A stretch of 64,000 bases of DNA from Parachlamydiales bacterium (GTDB lineage Bacteria; Chlamydiota; Chlamydiia; Chlamydiales; SM23-39): NCBI GenBank assembly GCA_050302075.1, contig JBNLAH010000001.1, forward strand, positions 228,157 through 292,156, in the 5' to 3' direction. The notes beneath the pieces are model-generated. The model was not told the DNA's origin. It saw only the letters and a list, made by a program, of their open reading frames with translations, and ran no database searches. The position numbers were made by a program, and so were the translations under genes. Shown piece after piece: positions 27,670-36,984 of this stretch. Within the stretch, counting starts at the first letter, position 1; each line of letters opens with the position of its first letter.

Positions 27670-28072
27670 TGGAGGTGGAGAGAATCGAACTCTCGTCCTT
27701 AGCAAACTCAATATTAATGACTACATGCTTATCTCCTTTGTTAATAATCTACTCTGATGAAAGGAGCAACACTACAAGTAGATTTAATCCTCGTTGTCTT
27801 GGGTATCTTTTCAGAGGATCAGAGAAAAGGACCCAAACCCAGAAATATGACGGTAGATTCTAAAACTCTGGATCTGATTTTAGGCTACCGGGCGCTTAAA
27901 ACTGTTAGGTCTTAAGCAGCAGCTGCAAAAGTTTCTACTCCAGCAGAGAAGTCAACTTTTACGATTTTGCTTTCTTTAGCAATTATAGTGTAATCGGCTT
28001 TTTAAGAGGCCAACCGATCAACCTCTGCATGCCACTAATACGAAATTTCCAAGTCGAAACCTGTTCACCCCC
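27670..28072 (-). ncRNA. ssrA: tmRNA; tag reading frame 27980-27912 encodes (A)KESKIVKVDFSAGVETFAAAA*
   Basis: 5' GGGGGTGAACAGGTTTCGAC; 3' GAGAGTTCGATTCTCTCCACCTCCA with T-loop; acceptor stem with G3-U70; Ala-ending tag; CCA not encoded. Confidence 0.96.
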
Positions 28073-28205
28073 GTTAGTGATTATAACATAATTTTGAATT
28101 AAATCATAGTAGCAGTTGAGCTGGATTTTAATAAAGATAAACTCTAAAGTATTAATACTTATGCTATTAATTAAAATATATCTTACTTAGAAGGGGTTAT
28201 TCTAA

Positions 28206-31200
28206 ATGTTTCATTATCAACAAGATGAGTCATTTTCTGATCGAGAGGACAGAATAGAGATTTTTTGGAGAGAGAACGAAATCTTTAAAAAGTCCATTGA
28301 AATGAGAGCAAAAGGGGAATTATTTTCATTTTATGACGGTCCTCCATTTGCAACGGGACTGCCACACTATGGACATCTTTTGGCTGGAACAATTAAGGAT
28401 ATTATTCCGAGATATAAGACAATGAAAGGGTATTATGTCCCAAGAAGATTTGGCTGGGACTGTCATGGTCTTCCAGTTGAGAATGAAATTGAAAAAGCTA
28501 AAGAATTATCTGGAGCGGCATCAATAGAAAAATTTGGGATAGCCAATTTTAATGAAGAGTGTAGAAAAATTGTTTTAAGATATACATCTGAGTGGCAAGA
28601 GACAGTAGAGCGAATGGGCAGATGGGTTGATTTTGAAAATACCTATAAAACAATGGATCTTACGTTCATGGAGTCTGTCTGGTGGGTTTTTAAACAGTTA
28701 TTTGACAAAGGTCTAGTTTATGAAGGGTTCAAGGTGATGCCTTTTTCAGCAAAACTTGGAACACCACTTTCAAATTTTGAAGCAAATTTAAACTATCGTG
28801 ATGTAAATGATCCATCCGTAACTGCTATTTTTCAGTCAGAAGATGATGAAAAAACAGCTTTTTTGGCATGGACAACAACTCCTTGGACTCTTCCATCAAA
28901 TTTAGCTTTAGCTGTAGGTCCGGATATCATTTATGTGAAAGTTTATTCTAAGAAGCATGATATGAATTTCATCCTGGCGAAAGATCGTTTATCTTCGCAT
29001 TTTAAAGAAGATGACAGTTTTGAGATTTTGAAAGAATTTAGAGGTAGTGAACTAGAAGGCGAGAGATATAAGCCCTTATTTAGGTATTTTGATGATCAAG
29101 CAGATGCTTTCAAAATTATTTGTGATGACTTTGTAACAACAGAGGATGGTACTGGTATTGTACATTCTGCTCCAGCATTTGGTGAGGTTGACTTTTTTGC
29201 TTGTAAAAAGGCTGGGATTGAACTTGTTTGCCCTGTTGATAACAATGGAAAATTTACTAAGGAAGTACCTGATTATGAAGGCATGCTAGTTAAAGATGCT
29301 GATAAATTAATTATTAAAGACCTTAAAGCAGCTGGAAAAATATTTTCACACTCTCAGATTAGGCACCGCTATCCGTTTTGTTGGAGATCTGACACTCCAT
29401 TAATTTATAAGGCTGTGAGTACCTGGTTTGTATCTGTAGAAAAGATAAAAGATGAGTTATTAAAGGCAAACGAAGAAATTAATTGGGTTCCATCTCATAT
29501 TAAATATGGAAGGTTTGGGAAATGGCTTGAAAATGCCAGAGACTGGGCAATCAGCCGAAATCGTTATTGGGGTACTCCTATACCAATTTTTATAAGTGAT
29601 GATGGAGACATTAAAGTAATCGGATCAGTAAAAGAACTTGAAGAAAAAACAAAACAAAAGATTACTGACTTGCATCGCCATTTTATTGATGATTTAACAT
29701 TTGAAGAGAATGGTAAAAAATACCATAGAGTCAAGGAAGTTTTTGATTGTTGGTTTGAGTCTGGATCAATGCCGTATGCGCAGAATCACTACCCATTTGA
29801 TTCAAAAGAACAAACAGAAAAGTCATTTCCAGCAGATTTTATTGCTGAAGGATTGGATCAGACAAGGGGCTGGTTTTATACATTGAATGTTTTATCTGTA
29901 GCTTTGTTTAATAAACCAGCTTTTAAGAACGTGATTGTTAATGGAATTATCTTAGCCGAAGATGGGACAAAGATGTCTAAGAGGCTCAAAAACTACCCAG
30001 ATCCTAAAGACGTTATAAATAATTTTGGTGCAGATGCCATTAGAATGTATATGCTAAACAGTCCAGCAGTTAAAGCAGATGATTTGCGATTTTCAGAAAA
30101 GGGGGTAGAGCTTGTCTTGAGACAGATTTTAATTCCTTTTTGGAACTCTTTTGTGTTTTTGTCAACTTACGCAAAAATATATAACTGGGCTCCTAGTAAA
30201 AACAGTAATCAGCCAGCTGGACTTATAGATAAATGGATACTATCTAAGCTTCAGGGGCTAATTAATAAAGTTGAAACAGCTCTTGATAATTATGAGCTTA
30301 ATTCAGCCGTTAGTCCTTTCATTGAATTTATAGATGATTTGACAAACTGGTTTATAAGAAGATCTAGGCAAAGATTTTGGGCCGATGAAGACAGCCAAGA
30401 TAGGAGAGATGCATTTCAAACACTTTATCTAGTGCTTTTAAAACTTAGTAAAATAGCAGCGCCATTTATTCCATTTTTAAGTGAGGCAATCTATCAAGAG
30501 CTTAAAACACCTGAAATGAAAGAATCTGTACACCTATGTGATTTTCCAAAGTACAAAGAGGATCTCAGGGATATTTCTTTAGAAGAACAAATGAGCTACA
30601 TTCAACGGGCTGTTAGTTTAGGCCATTCTCTTCGAAAAGAGCAGAAGTTAAAAGTAAGACAACCTCTATCGCTAGCACAAGTTGCAACTTCGAATAAGAA
30701 AATATTAGAAGCTTTAAAAGAGCAAAAAAATCTGATATTGGAGGAGTTAAACGTTAAAAATTTAGAAGTTCACTCGGATGAATCTAAATTTGTAGAAAGA
30801 ATAGCAAAGCCAAACTTTAGAGTACTTGGAAAGAAAATTGGAAAGCTTATGCCAGAAGCTCAAAAAGAAATTCAAAAGTTTGAAACTAAGCAGCTAGATG
30901 CCATTGAGCTTGGAAATCCGGTTGAGGTAGTTATTAATGGAAATAAAATTCTTCTGACAAAAGAAGATGTTTTTATTGAAAGGAAAATATCCGAAGGAAC
31001 AGTAGCGTCCAGTGATCAAGAAATAGCTATTATAATTGACACTAAAATAACAGAAGACCTTTTACTGGAAGGGTATGCTAGGGAGCTTGTAAATAAAATT
31101 AATACAATGAGACGTGAACTCGGACTTCATGTATCAGACAGAATTAATGTTGTAATTGATGCACCTGAAGTTATTGAAAAAAGTTTTGAGCTTTTTAAAA

Positions 31201-31313
31201 ATTATATTATTGGTGAAATCCTTGCTCTTGATGTTAAATTCGAGAAAACTACTGGAACGACATGGGATCTAAATTCAATTGAAACTGTGATAAAAATAGA
31301 AAAAGCTAATTAA
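28206..31313 (+). CDS. ileS: isoleucine--tRNA ligase (type 2)
   Basis: DGPPFATGLPHYGH, WTTTPWTLPSN, EGLDQTRGWF and KMSKR motifs. Confidence 0.98.
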   Translation: MFHYQQDESFSDREDRIEIFWRENEIFKKSIEMRAKGELFSFYDGPPFATGLPHYGHLLAGTIKDIIPRYKTMKGYYVPRRFGWDCHGLPVENEIEKAKELSGAASIEKFGIANFNEECRKIVLRYTSEWQETVERMGRWVDFENTYKTMDLTFMESVWWVFKQLFDKGLVYEGFKVMPFSAKLGTPLSNFEANLNYRDVNDPSVTAIFQSEDDEKTAFLAWTTTPWTLPSNLALAVGPDIIYVKVYSKKHDMNFILAKDRLSSHFKEDDSFEILKEFRGSELEGERYKPLFRYFDDQADAFKIICDDFVTTEDGTGIVHSAPAFGEVDFFACKKAGIELVCPVDNNGKFTKEVPDYEGMLVKDADKLIIKDLKAAGKIFSHSQIRHRYPFCWRSDTPLIYKAVSTWFVSVEKIKDELLKANEEINWVPSHIKYGRFGKWLENARDWAISRNRYWGTPIPIFISDDGDIKVIGSVKELEEKTKQKITDLHRHFIDDLTFEENGKKYHRVKEVFDCWFESGSMPYAQNHYPFDSKEQTEKSFPADFIAEGLDQTRGWFYTLNVLSVALFNKPAFKNVIVNGIILAEDGTKMSKRLKNYPDPKDVINNFGADAIRMYMLNSPAVKADDLRFSEKGVELVLRQILIPFWNSFVFLSTYAKIYNWAPSKNSNQPAGLIDKWILSKLQGLINKVETALDNYELNSAVSPFIEFIDDLTNWFIRRSRQRFWADEDSQDRRDAFQTLYLVLLKLSKIAAPFIPFLSEAIYQELKTPEMKESVHLCDFPKYKEDLRDISLEEQMSYIQRAVSLGHSLRKEQKLKVRQPLSLAQVATSNKKILEALKEQKNLILEELNVKNLEVHSDESKFVERIAKPNFRVLGKKIGKLMPEAQKEIQKFETKQLDAIELGNPVEVVINGNKILLTKEDVFIERKISEGTVASSDQEIAIIIDTKITEDLLLEGYARELVNKINTMRRELGLHVSDRINVVIDAPEVIEKSFELFKNYIIGEILALDVKFEKTTGTTWDLNSIETVIKIEKAN

Positions 31314-33202
31314 TATAATTTTCTTTTTCTATATAAGGTTATAATTGCAATTATTATTATAACAAAAACAGACCAAGTAAATATTTTTGGGAAAGATAAA
31401 AGCGGGAAATGAGGTTGCTCTGGCCTTCCCCAACGATTAGGGGGCCAAAAAATAACATCAGAACTTCCTTTAAGATTTTCTTGAGGAACAAAGCCAAAGT
31501 CCCTTGAATCGGAGCTATTTGCATGATTATCCCCAAGAGCCAAGTAACCATTTGCAGGAATTGTCAACCCGTACTCTTGAATCATTTGAACATCTAACTC
31601 GTTGTTATCTAATAAAGGTGGTCCTAGGTCAATAAATGGTTCATATGAAAGAGAGTTTTTTTCAATTTCAATTTCTTTTTCAATAAACTTCTCTAAAACA
31701 ATATCTCCTTTTTTATAGATTGGTTTGCCCAGCAAATAGAGTTCGCCATCGCGAAAATAAGTATATCGAGAGGGAGATAAGTATTGATTTTTAGATCTAG
31801 GTGAAAAGAGCTGGTTCCATTGGACTCCCAAGTTATAAAGCATTTGAATATTTTCACTTGAATGTACGTAAAGAGGATGGTCTTTTGGCATTTTTTTTAG
31901 AAATCCACCAAAAGGTAAAATATTGAAAATGTTTTTAAGGATGTTTGGAGCTTTCAGCATCATGCTATCTAGCTGAACTTTATATAAAACGCCATCATCG
32001 AATTCATATATTCCATCTTGCACGTTGGGAAGTGAAACTGAATACAAGGAAGGATATGATCCATAACGGTAGGCTTTACCATTTTGAACAACAAATCTTG
32101 AAGTAGTCATACTTTCCATAAGTAATTTAAGATGATCCTCAGTAAGTGGTATAACTGACCTACTATAACTTAATCCTGGCCTTAACCTTGAATACTGATC
32201 TTTAATAAGTTGAAGTGGTTTAATTTGCGGATGATGTGTAATTTCTAAATAAAGAGGAGCTTGATTTTCATCTGTAATATTTAAAAAGTCTTCGACCTGG
32301 TCACTTGTTAAAATTCTGGTAGTTCCATAATTTTTAAATCCCCAGAGGTTTGAGTATTTTTGAATATTTTTCTCTGTTAACATCTCAGAGCTTAATCCGC
32401 CATATGGTGTTGCTGATAATTTAGCAACCGGCTCATTCATTTGATATATATATATAGGGGAAAAGATGCCATTTGAAGTTATTTCATTTGCAACTACTTT
32501 TCCATCAAGATTTATAAACGGAATATGTTCTATTTTTTCAAACAAATCATTATCGTATTCTTCAATTTTATTTCCTTCAGAGTCAATCCCATATATTTTT
32601 CCTCCATAAAAATAAATGGTATCACCAGGTTTTGCTATTAACCGTTTAATATATTGTTTTTTCCCAGGAAAAATAAAAAAATACATAGTATTTACATCTG
32701 GGATGTCCATTCCTCCGCCATTAAAAATTATGATATTCCCTCTTTTTAAGAGCTTTTCATTAAAATAAAAATGTTTGTTAGCTAGGGGAACATTAAGGTT
32801 GAAATTATTTTTTGTGACAGTGACATAGTCTTTCTCTTTAAAAGTGGGGCGCATAGAACCAGATGGTATATTATAAAATTCAAACCACATCTGTCTAATT
32901 ACTATCGCTACTGCTAAAGCTATTAAAATGCCAAAGGTATATTCGATAAACTTTTGAAAAGAACTTTGCTTAAGGTGTTTATCTGCTAATTCCATCAATT
33001 TATGAACACGGGTGTTACATAATTCTTTTTGCTTTTCATTTATCGCTGATCCGATACTTAAAAAAGTATCTTCAAATTCCTTTTGTGTTTGTAAGTTTAT
33101 GCCTTTTCTTTTTCTTTTGTATAAACTTGCGATCTTTCTTAATACTTTTTTTGAGTGTCTGATTGAGAATTCTTTCATGGATAGTAGCAAATAAAAAAAC
33201 AA
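31310..33202 (-). CDS. lepB: signal peptidase I, long chlamydial type
   Basis: IPSGSMRPT, YIKRLI and LGDN..NSSDSRDFGFVP motifs; likely start near 33178. Confidence 0.93.
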   Translation of the reverse strand: MFFYLLLSMKEFSIRHSKKVLRKIASLYKRKRKGINLQTQKEFEDTFLSIGSAINEKQKELCNTRVHKLMELADKHLKQSSFQKFIEYTFGILIALAVAIVIRQMWFEFYNIPSGSMRPTFKEKDYVTVTKNNFNLNVPLANKHFYFNEKLLKRGNIIIFNGGGMDIPDVNTMYFFIFPGKKQYIKRLIAKPGDTIYFYGGKIYGIDSEGNKIEEYDNDLFEKIEHIPFINLDGKVVANEITSNGIFSPIYIYQMNEPVAKLSATPYGGLSSEMLTEKNIQKYSNLWGFKNYGTTRILTSDQVEDFLNITDENQAPLYLEITHHPQIKPLQLIKDQYSRLRPGLSYSRSVIPLTEDHLKLLMESMTTSRFVVQNGKAYRYGSYPSLYSVSLPNVQDGIYEFDDGVLYKVQLDSMMLKAPNILKNIFNILPFGGFLKKMPKDHPLYVHSSENIQMLYNLGVQWNQLFSPRSKNQYLSPSRYTYFRDGELYLLGKPIYKKGDIVLEKFIEKEIEIEKNSLSYEPFIDLGPPLLDNNELDVQMIQEYGLTIPANGYLALGDNHANSSDSRDFGFVPQENLKGSSDVIFWPPNRWGRPEQPHFPLLSFPKIFTWSVFVIIIIAIITLYRKRKLY

Positions 33203-33379
33203 TACTAGAGAATCCAGTTAAATATTTTCAATGTGGAAATTTTGTTCATAACTTACTTGCTTGTGTTTCAGTGACATAGGAGAAATGCTATTTCATAAGT
33301 TGTTGAAAATTAATGACTTATGGATCTAGCTGAGTGTTTTTAAGAATAGATAAAGATAATATAAATAACATGTCTATAA

Positions 33380-34378
33380 CTATTTAAAAAGTAAGGGTAT
33401 TTTCCATTCTAAAACTGTTTTCGAGTTATTTGGTTTAATATACCAAATATAATAAGTATTATCTTGTAATGAGCTTTTTAAAGTTTCTGAGTCAATAAAG
33501 ATCTCTATTTTTTCATTTTGAATGTTTTTTTTCTGATACGCAAGTTTCTGGAATTGTTTAGTCTCATCAAGATAATTAAGAGCAAATACTTCTAACTCTT
33601 TGTAATACTTAGGGCATTTAAGATAAAAAGATAAGCCCTCTTCTGATAATTTAGGGTCTAAAAAAAATTCAAGAGGCCTATAAAGAATATCTTTTTTAGG
33701 AGAAATAAGATTATGTCCAGCATCGATAACTTTTAAAGAAATAGAAAGATGATCTCCGATTAATTCTATCCAAAAAGGAAAAAAGAATTTTTTCTCTTTA
33801 TCAAAGTATAGTTGAAGTCGTTTGCCTGCAAGCTCACTAGAGTCATTTGGCCATATGCTTAAGAAAACATCATATGAAGGTGATTTAATTTTTTTCCCAT
33901 GCACAATCATTGGAGGAATCCAAATAGCTCTTCTATCTATTTCATCTGATAGAGGAGGCGGGCCTACTTTTTTGAGCTTATCCTTTGGTGTTTTTTCAAG
34001 TTGAGATTCAAGCATTTGAACCAAAAAATTATCTTGTTTAGAGCTTTCTAGCCAGGCCATTCTTGTAAATGAGAATGTCTCAACAATTTCATTTTGAGTT
34101 AGATCTATTTCAAATAATATCCAAGATGTACTACCCGGTGCATTATTTAAAATCCACTTTTGCCAATCTAAGGAAGGAACTACAGAAATAGGTGCTGATA
34201 TTTCTTCAATAACTAACTTACTTGGTTTAATATCAACAACTCTGATGATAGTGATCATTTTTTTTTGTTTTAAAACAAAAAAATCTCCTGGTTGAGTATT
34301 GACTAAGCGATCTTTTAAAGTATTGGAATAACATATTTGAGTAACAGCAAGAAGGAAGAATAAGAATACTTTTTTCAT
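33380..34378 (-). CDS. conserved chlamydial exported hypothetical protein
   Basis: signal peptide; located upstream of lepB, as in the Chlamydia ileS-lepB neighbourhood. Confidence 0.65.
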   Translation of the reverse strand: MKKVFLFFLLAVTQICYSNTLKDRLVNTQPGDFFVLKQKKMITIIRVVDIKPSKLVIEEISAPISVVPSLDWQKWILNNAPGSTSWILFEIDLTQNEIVETFSFTRMAWLESSKQDNFLVQMLESQLEKTPKDKLKKVGPPPLSDEIDRRAIWIPPMIVHGKKIKSPSYDVFLSIWPNDSSELAGKRLQLYFDKEKKFFFPFWIELIGDHLSISLKVIDAGHNLISPKKDILYRPLEFFLDPKLSEEGLSFYLKCPKYYKELEVFALNYLDETKQFQKLAYQKKNIQNEKIEIFIDSETLKSSLQDNTYYIWYIKPNNSKTVLEWKIPLLFK

Positions 34379-34532
34379 ATTGGATAAGCATTAATAAAAT
34401 GATAATCATAGCAACATGAATTGAAATTTCGCACTACAAAACTATTTTCTAGCATTGTAAGTTGTATTTTAGATTCAAATAAAATATAGATCATACAATT
34501 TTGTAAAACATTCTTTTTAAAAAATTTTTAGC

Positions 34533-34880
34533 ATGAAAAAAAAACCAAAACACTTGATATTTAGAGCATTTTTATTGACTTTGGGAGTTTTCATTTTGCT
34601 GATGCTGCTAGTCTCAGCTACAAAAAATGAGGAAAGGATTTGTTTTTTGACGAAGAAAATTACAGAGCTAGAGGATATTAAAAGGGGCTTTATTGCGAAA
34701 GCTCTTAGGCATGAAAACCAAGCTCAAAGGCTCCAGTTTATTGATGGGGAAGAGCTAGAGGCTAAAAAACATGCTAAGCTAGCTGCTAAGTATCAACTGG
34801 CCGCCGAAAAAGTCCAACAAGAAATCGAGCAACTTCAAAGAGAAAAGTGTATTTTGTGTGAGGAAAAAAATGATTTATAA
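34533..34880 (+). CDS. membrane-anchored coiled-coil hypothetical protein
   Basis: N-terminal TM segment followed by a charged helical region. Confidence 0.6.
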   Translation: MKKKPKHLIFRAFLLTLGVFILLMLLVSATKNEERICFLTKKITELEDIKRGFIAKALRHENQAQRLQFIDGEELEAKKHAKLAAKYQLAAEKVQQEIEQLQREKCILCEEKNDL

Positions 34881-36321
34881 ATCTTCTTTGGCCTTGTTTA
34901 CTGATCTATATCAATTAACTATGGCATATGGCTACTGGAAGACAAACATGCTAAATAAAAGAGCTGTTTTTCATTTAAACTTTAGAAAAATGCCCTTTAA
35001 AGGGTCATATGCAATTATGGCTGGGGTTCAAACAGCTATTGAGTTTATACAAAATTTTAGTTTTGATTTAACAGATGTTGAATATTTAGCTACATTAAAG
35101 ACAAGTGATAATGAACGTCTATTTGAAGATAAATTTTTAGAATACCTTTTAAATTTTAAGTTTAGCGGTAATCTTTATGCGGTTGAAGAAGGTAATTTAA
35201 TTTTTCCGTATGTTCCTATGTTGAGGGTGGAGGCTCCAATTCTCCAAGCTCAGCTACTTGAAAGCCCGATGCTAAATATAATAAATTATCAAACATTAAT
35301 TGCTACAAAGGCAGCTAGAGTATGTCATGCAGCTCAAGATGATACTGTTGTTGAGTTCGGAATGCGAAGAGCTCAAGGGATCGACGGAGCTATTTCTGCA
35401 TCTAGAGCTGCGTATATTGGAGGTTGCCACTCAACATCGCATGTTCTGGCTGGAAAATTATTTGATATACCAGTGAAGGGCACTCATGCACATAGTTGGG
35501 TAATGGCCTTTGAAGAGGAAATGACAGCTTTTAGTGAATATGCAAATGTGATGCCTCAAAATTGTGTTTTGTTGATTGACACCTATGACACTGTAGAAGG
35601 GGTCAAAAAAGCAATTCAAGTAGCTAAAAATATAAAGAGGAAAAATTTTAATCTTTTAGCAGTAAGGCTAGATTCTGGTGATTTAAACTTTTTAAGTATT
35701 GAAATTAGAAAGATCTTAGATTCTCACGGATTTGAAAAGACTAAGATCATGGCAAGTAATGAGTTGGACGAGTATCTAATCAGAGATTTAAAGCAACAAG
35801 GGACAAAAGTAACAATTTGGGGAGTTGGAACAAAGCTAATTACTGGAAACGATCAGCCTGCTTTAGACGGTGTTTATAAGCTCTCAGCTATAACAGATGA
35901 TCATGGCAAATGGAAATATAAGCTAAAACTATCTGAGCAGACAGCGAAATCAACTAATCCTGGAATTTTGCAAGTTAGGAGGTTTCATAAAAACAATAAA
36001 TATCTTTTTGATGTAATATATGATGAAAATTTTAAAATCTCTCAAAATTTTGAAGCTGTCCACGTGCGAGACTTTTCAAAGGTAAGAAAAAAAATTGAAG
36101 GTGCTGAGCATAAAGATTTATTAATTCCTATTATTCAAGATGGTAAGCTTATTTATAAATTTCCAAAATTAAAAGAAATAAGGGAAAGGTCAATTAACGA
36201 AGTTAAAATGCTATTCCCATCAATGCAAAGATTTTTGAATCCGGAACCATATTTTGTTGGACTTGAAAAAAAATTGCATGATTTTAAAATCAACTTAATG
36301 AACAAAATGCGGAAGATATGA
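34858..36321 (+). CDS. pncB: nicotinate phosphoribosyltransferase
   Basis: TDLYQLTM, EFGMRRAQ, GTHAHSW, LIDTYD and RLDSGD motifs. Confidence 0.96.
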   Translation: MRKKMIYKSSLALFTDLYQLTMAYGYWKTNMLNKRAVFHLNFRKMPFKGSYAIMAGVQTAIEFIQNFSFDLTDVEYLATLKTSDNERLFEDKFLEYLLNFKFSGNLYAVEEGNLIFPYVPMLRVEAPILQAQLLESPMLNIINYQTLIATKAARVCHAAQDDTVVEFGMRRAQGIDGAISASRAAYIGGCHSTSHVLAGKLFDIPVKGTHAHSWVMAFEEEMTAFSEYANVMPQNCVLLIDTYDTVEGVKKAIQVAKNIKRKNFNLLAVRLDSGDLNFLSIEIRKILDSHGFEKTKIMASNELDEYLIRDLKQQGTKVTIWGVGTKLITGNDQPALDGVYKLSAITDDHGKWKYKLKLSEQTAKSTNPGILQVRRFHKNNKYLFDVIYDENFKISQNFEAVHVRDFSKVRKKIEGAEHKDLLIPIIQDGKLIYKFPKLKEIRERSINEVKMLFPSMQRFLNPEPYFVGLEKKLHDFKINLMNKMRKI

Positions 36322-36923
36322 AAGCTCTTTTAATTATTGATATGCAAAATGATTTTATGCCTGGAGGTGCTCTTGAAGTCAGCCGCGCTGATGAAATTGT
36401 TCCTACAATCAATCGATTAATGGACTTATTTGACAATATATATGCAACAAAAGATTGGCATCCCAAAAATCATATAAGTTTTGCTTCTATGCATAATAAA
36501 AATGTAAATGAAGAGATTATAGTAAATGACATTGCTCAAAGACTTTGGCCAGATCATTGTATTCAGAATACAGAAGGTGCAAAAATAGTTTCTGGTATAA
36601 ATATCAATAAGATAGACAAAATTTTTTATAAGGGATCTGATGAGGGCGTAGATAGTTATAGTGCATTTTTTGATAATAACCATGAAAGATCAACGGGGCT
36701 AGATTCGTTTTTGAAAGAAAGGGACATAAATGATGTTTATTTAGTTGGGGTTGCAACAGATTATTGCGTAAAATTTTCAGCATTGGATGCTCTTAGATTA
36801 GGTTTTAATGTATATGTAATCAAAGATGCATGTATGCCTGTAGATGCAAATAAAGAAAATCAAGTTTTACTGGAATTGGAAAAAAAAGGAGTTCAAATAA
36901 TCCTATCAAAAGAGATTTTTTAA
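36318..36923 (+). CDS. pncA: nicotinamidase/pyrazinamidase
   Basis: IDMQNDF, DWHP..H.SF, WPDHC and GVATDYCV motifs. Confidence 0.95.
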   Translation: MKALLIIDMQNDFMPGGALEVSRADEIVPTINRLMDLFDNIYATKDWHPKNHISFASMHNKNVNEEIIVNDIAQRLWPDHCIQNTEGAKIVSGININKIDKIFYKGSDEGVDSYSAFFDNNHERSTGLDSFLKERDINDVYLVGVATDYCVKFSALDALRLGFNVYVIKDACMPVDANKENQVLLELEKKGVQIILSKEIF

Positions 36924-36984
36924 TTTTTTTTACTAAAAAAAATCCAAAACGATTATTGTCCAAATTAATAGAGGATACTCTAAT

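Larger units (their letters stand above)
14136..27693. mobile_element. tmRNA-anchored genomic island made of tandem modules separated by att-like repeats; no integrase seen
   Basis: eight same-orientation junctions related to the tmRNA 3' end; accessory cargo genes; left boundary uncertain and may extend beyond 10.3 kb. Confidence 0.75.

Noticed and set aside
27669..27863. 64-aa ORF MEVERIELSS...
   Set aside because: Antisense shadow of the tmRNA 3' half.
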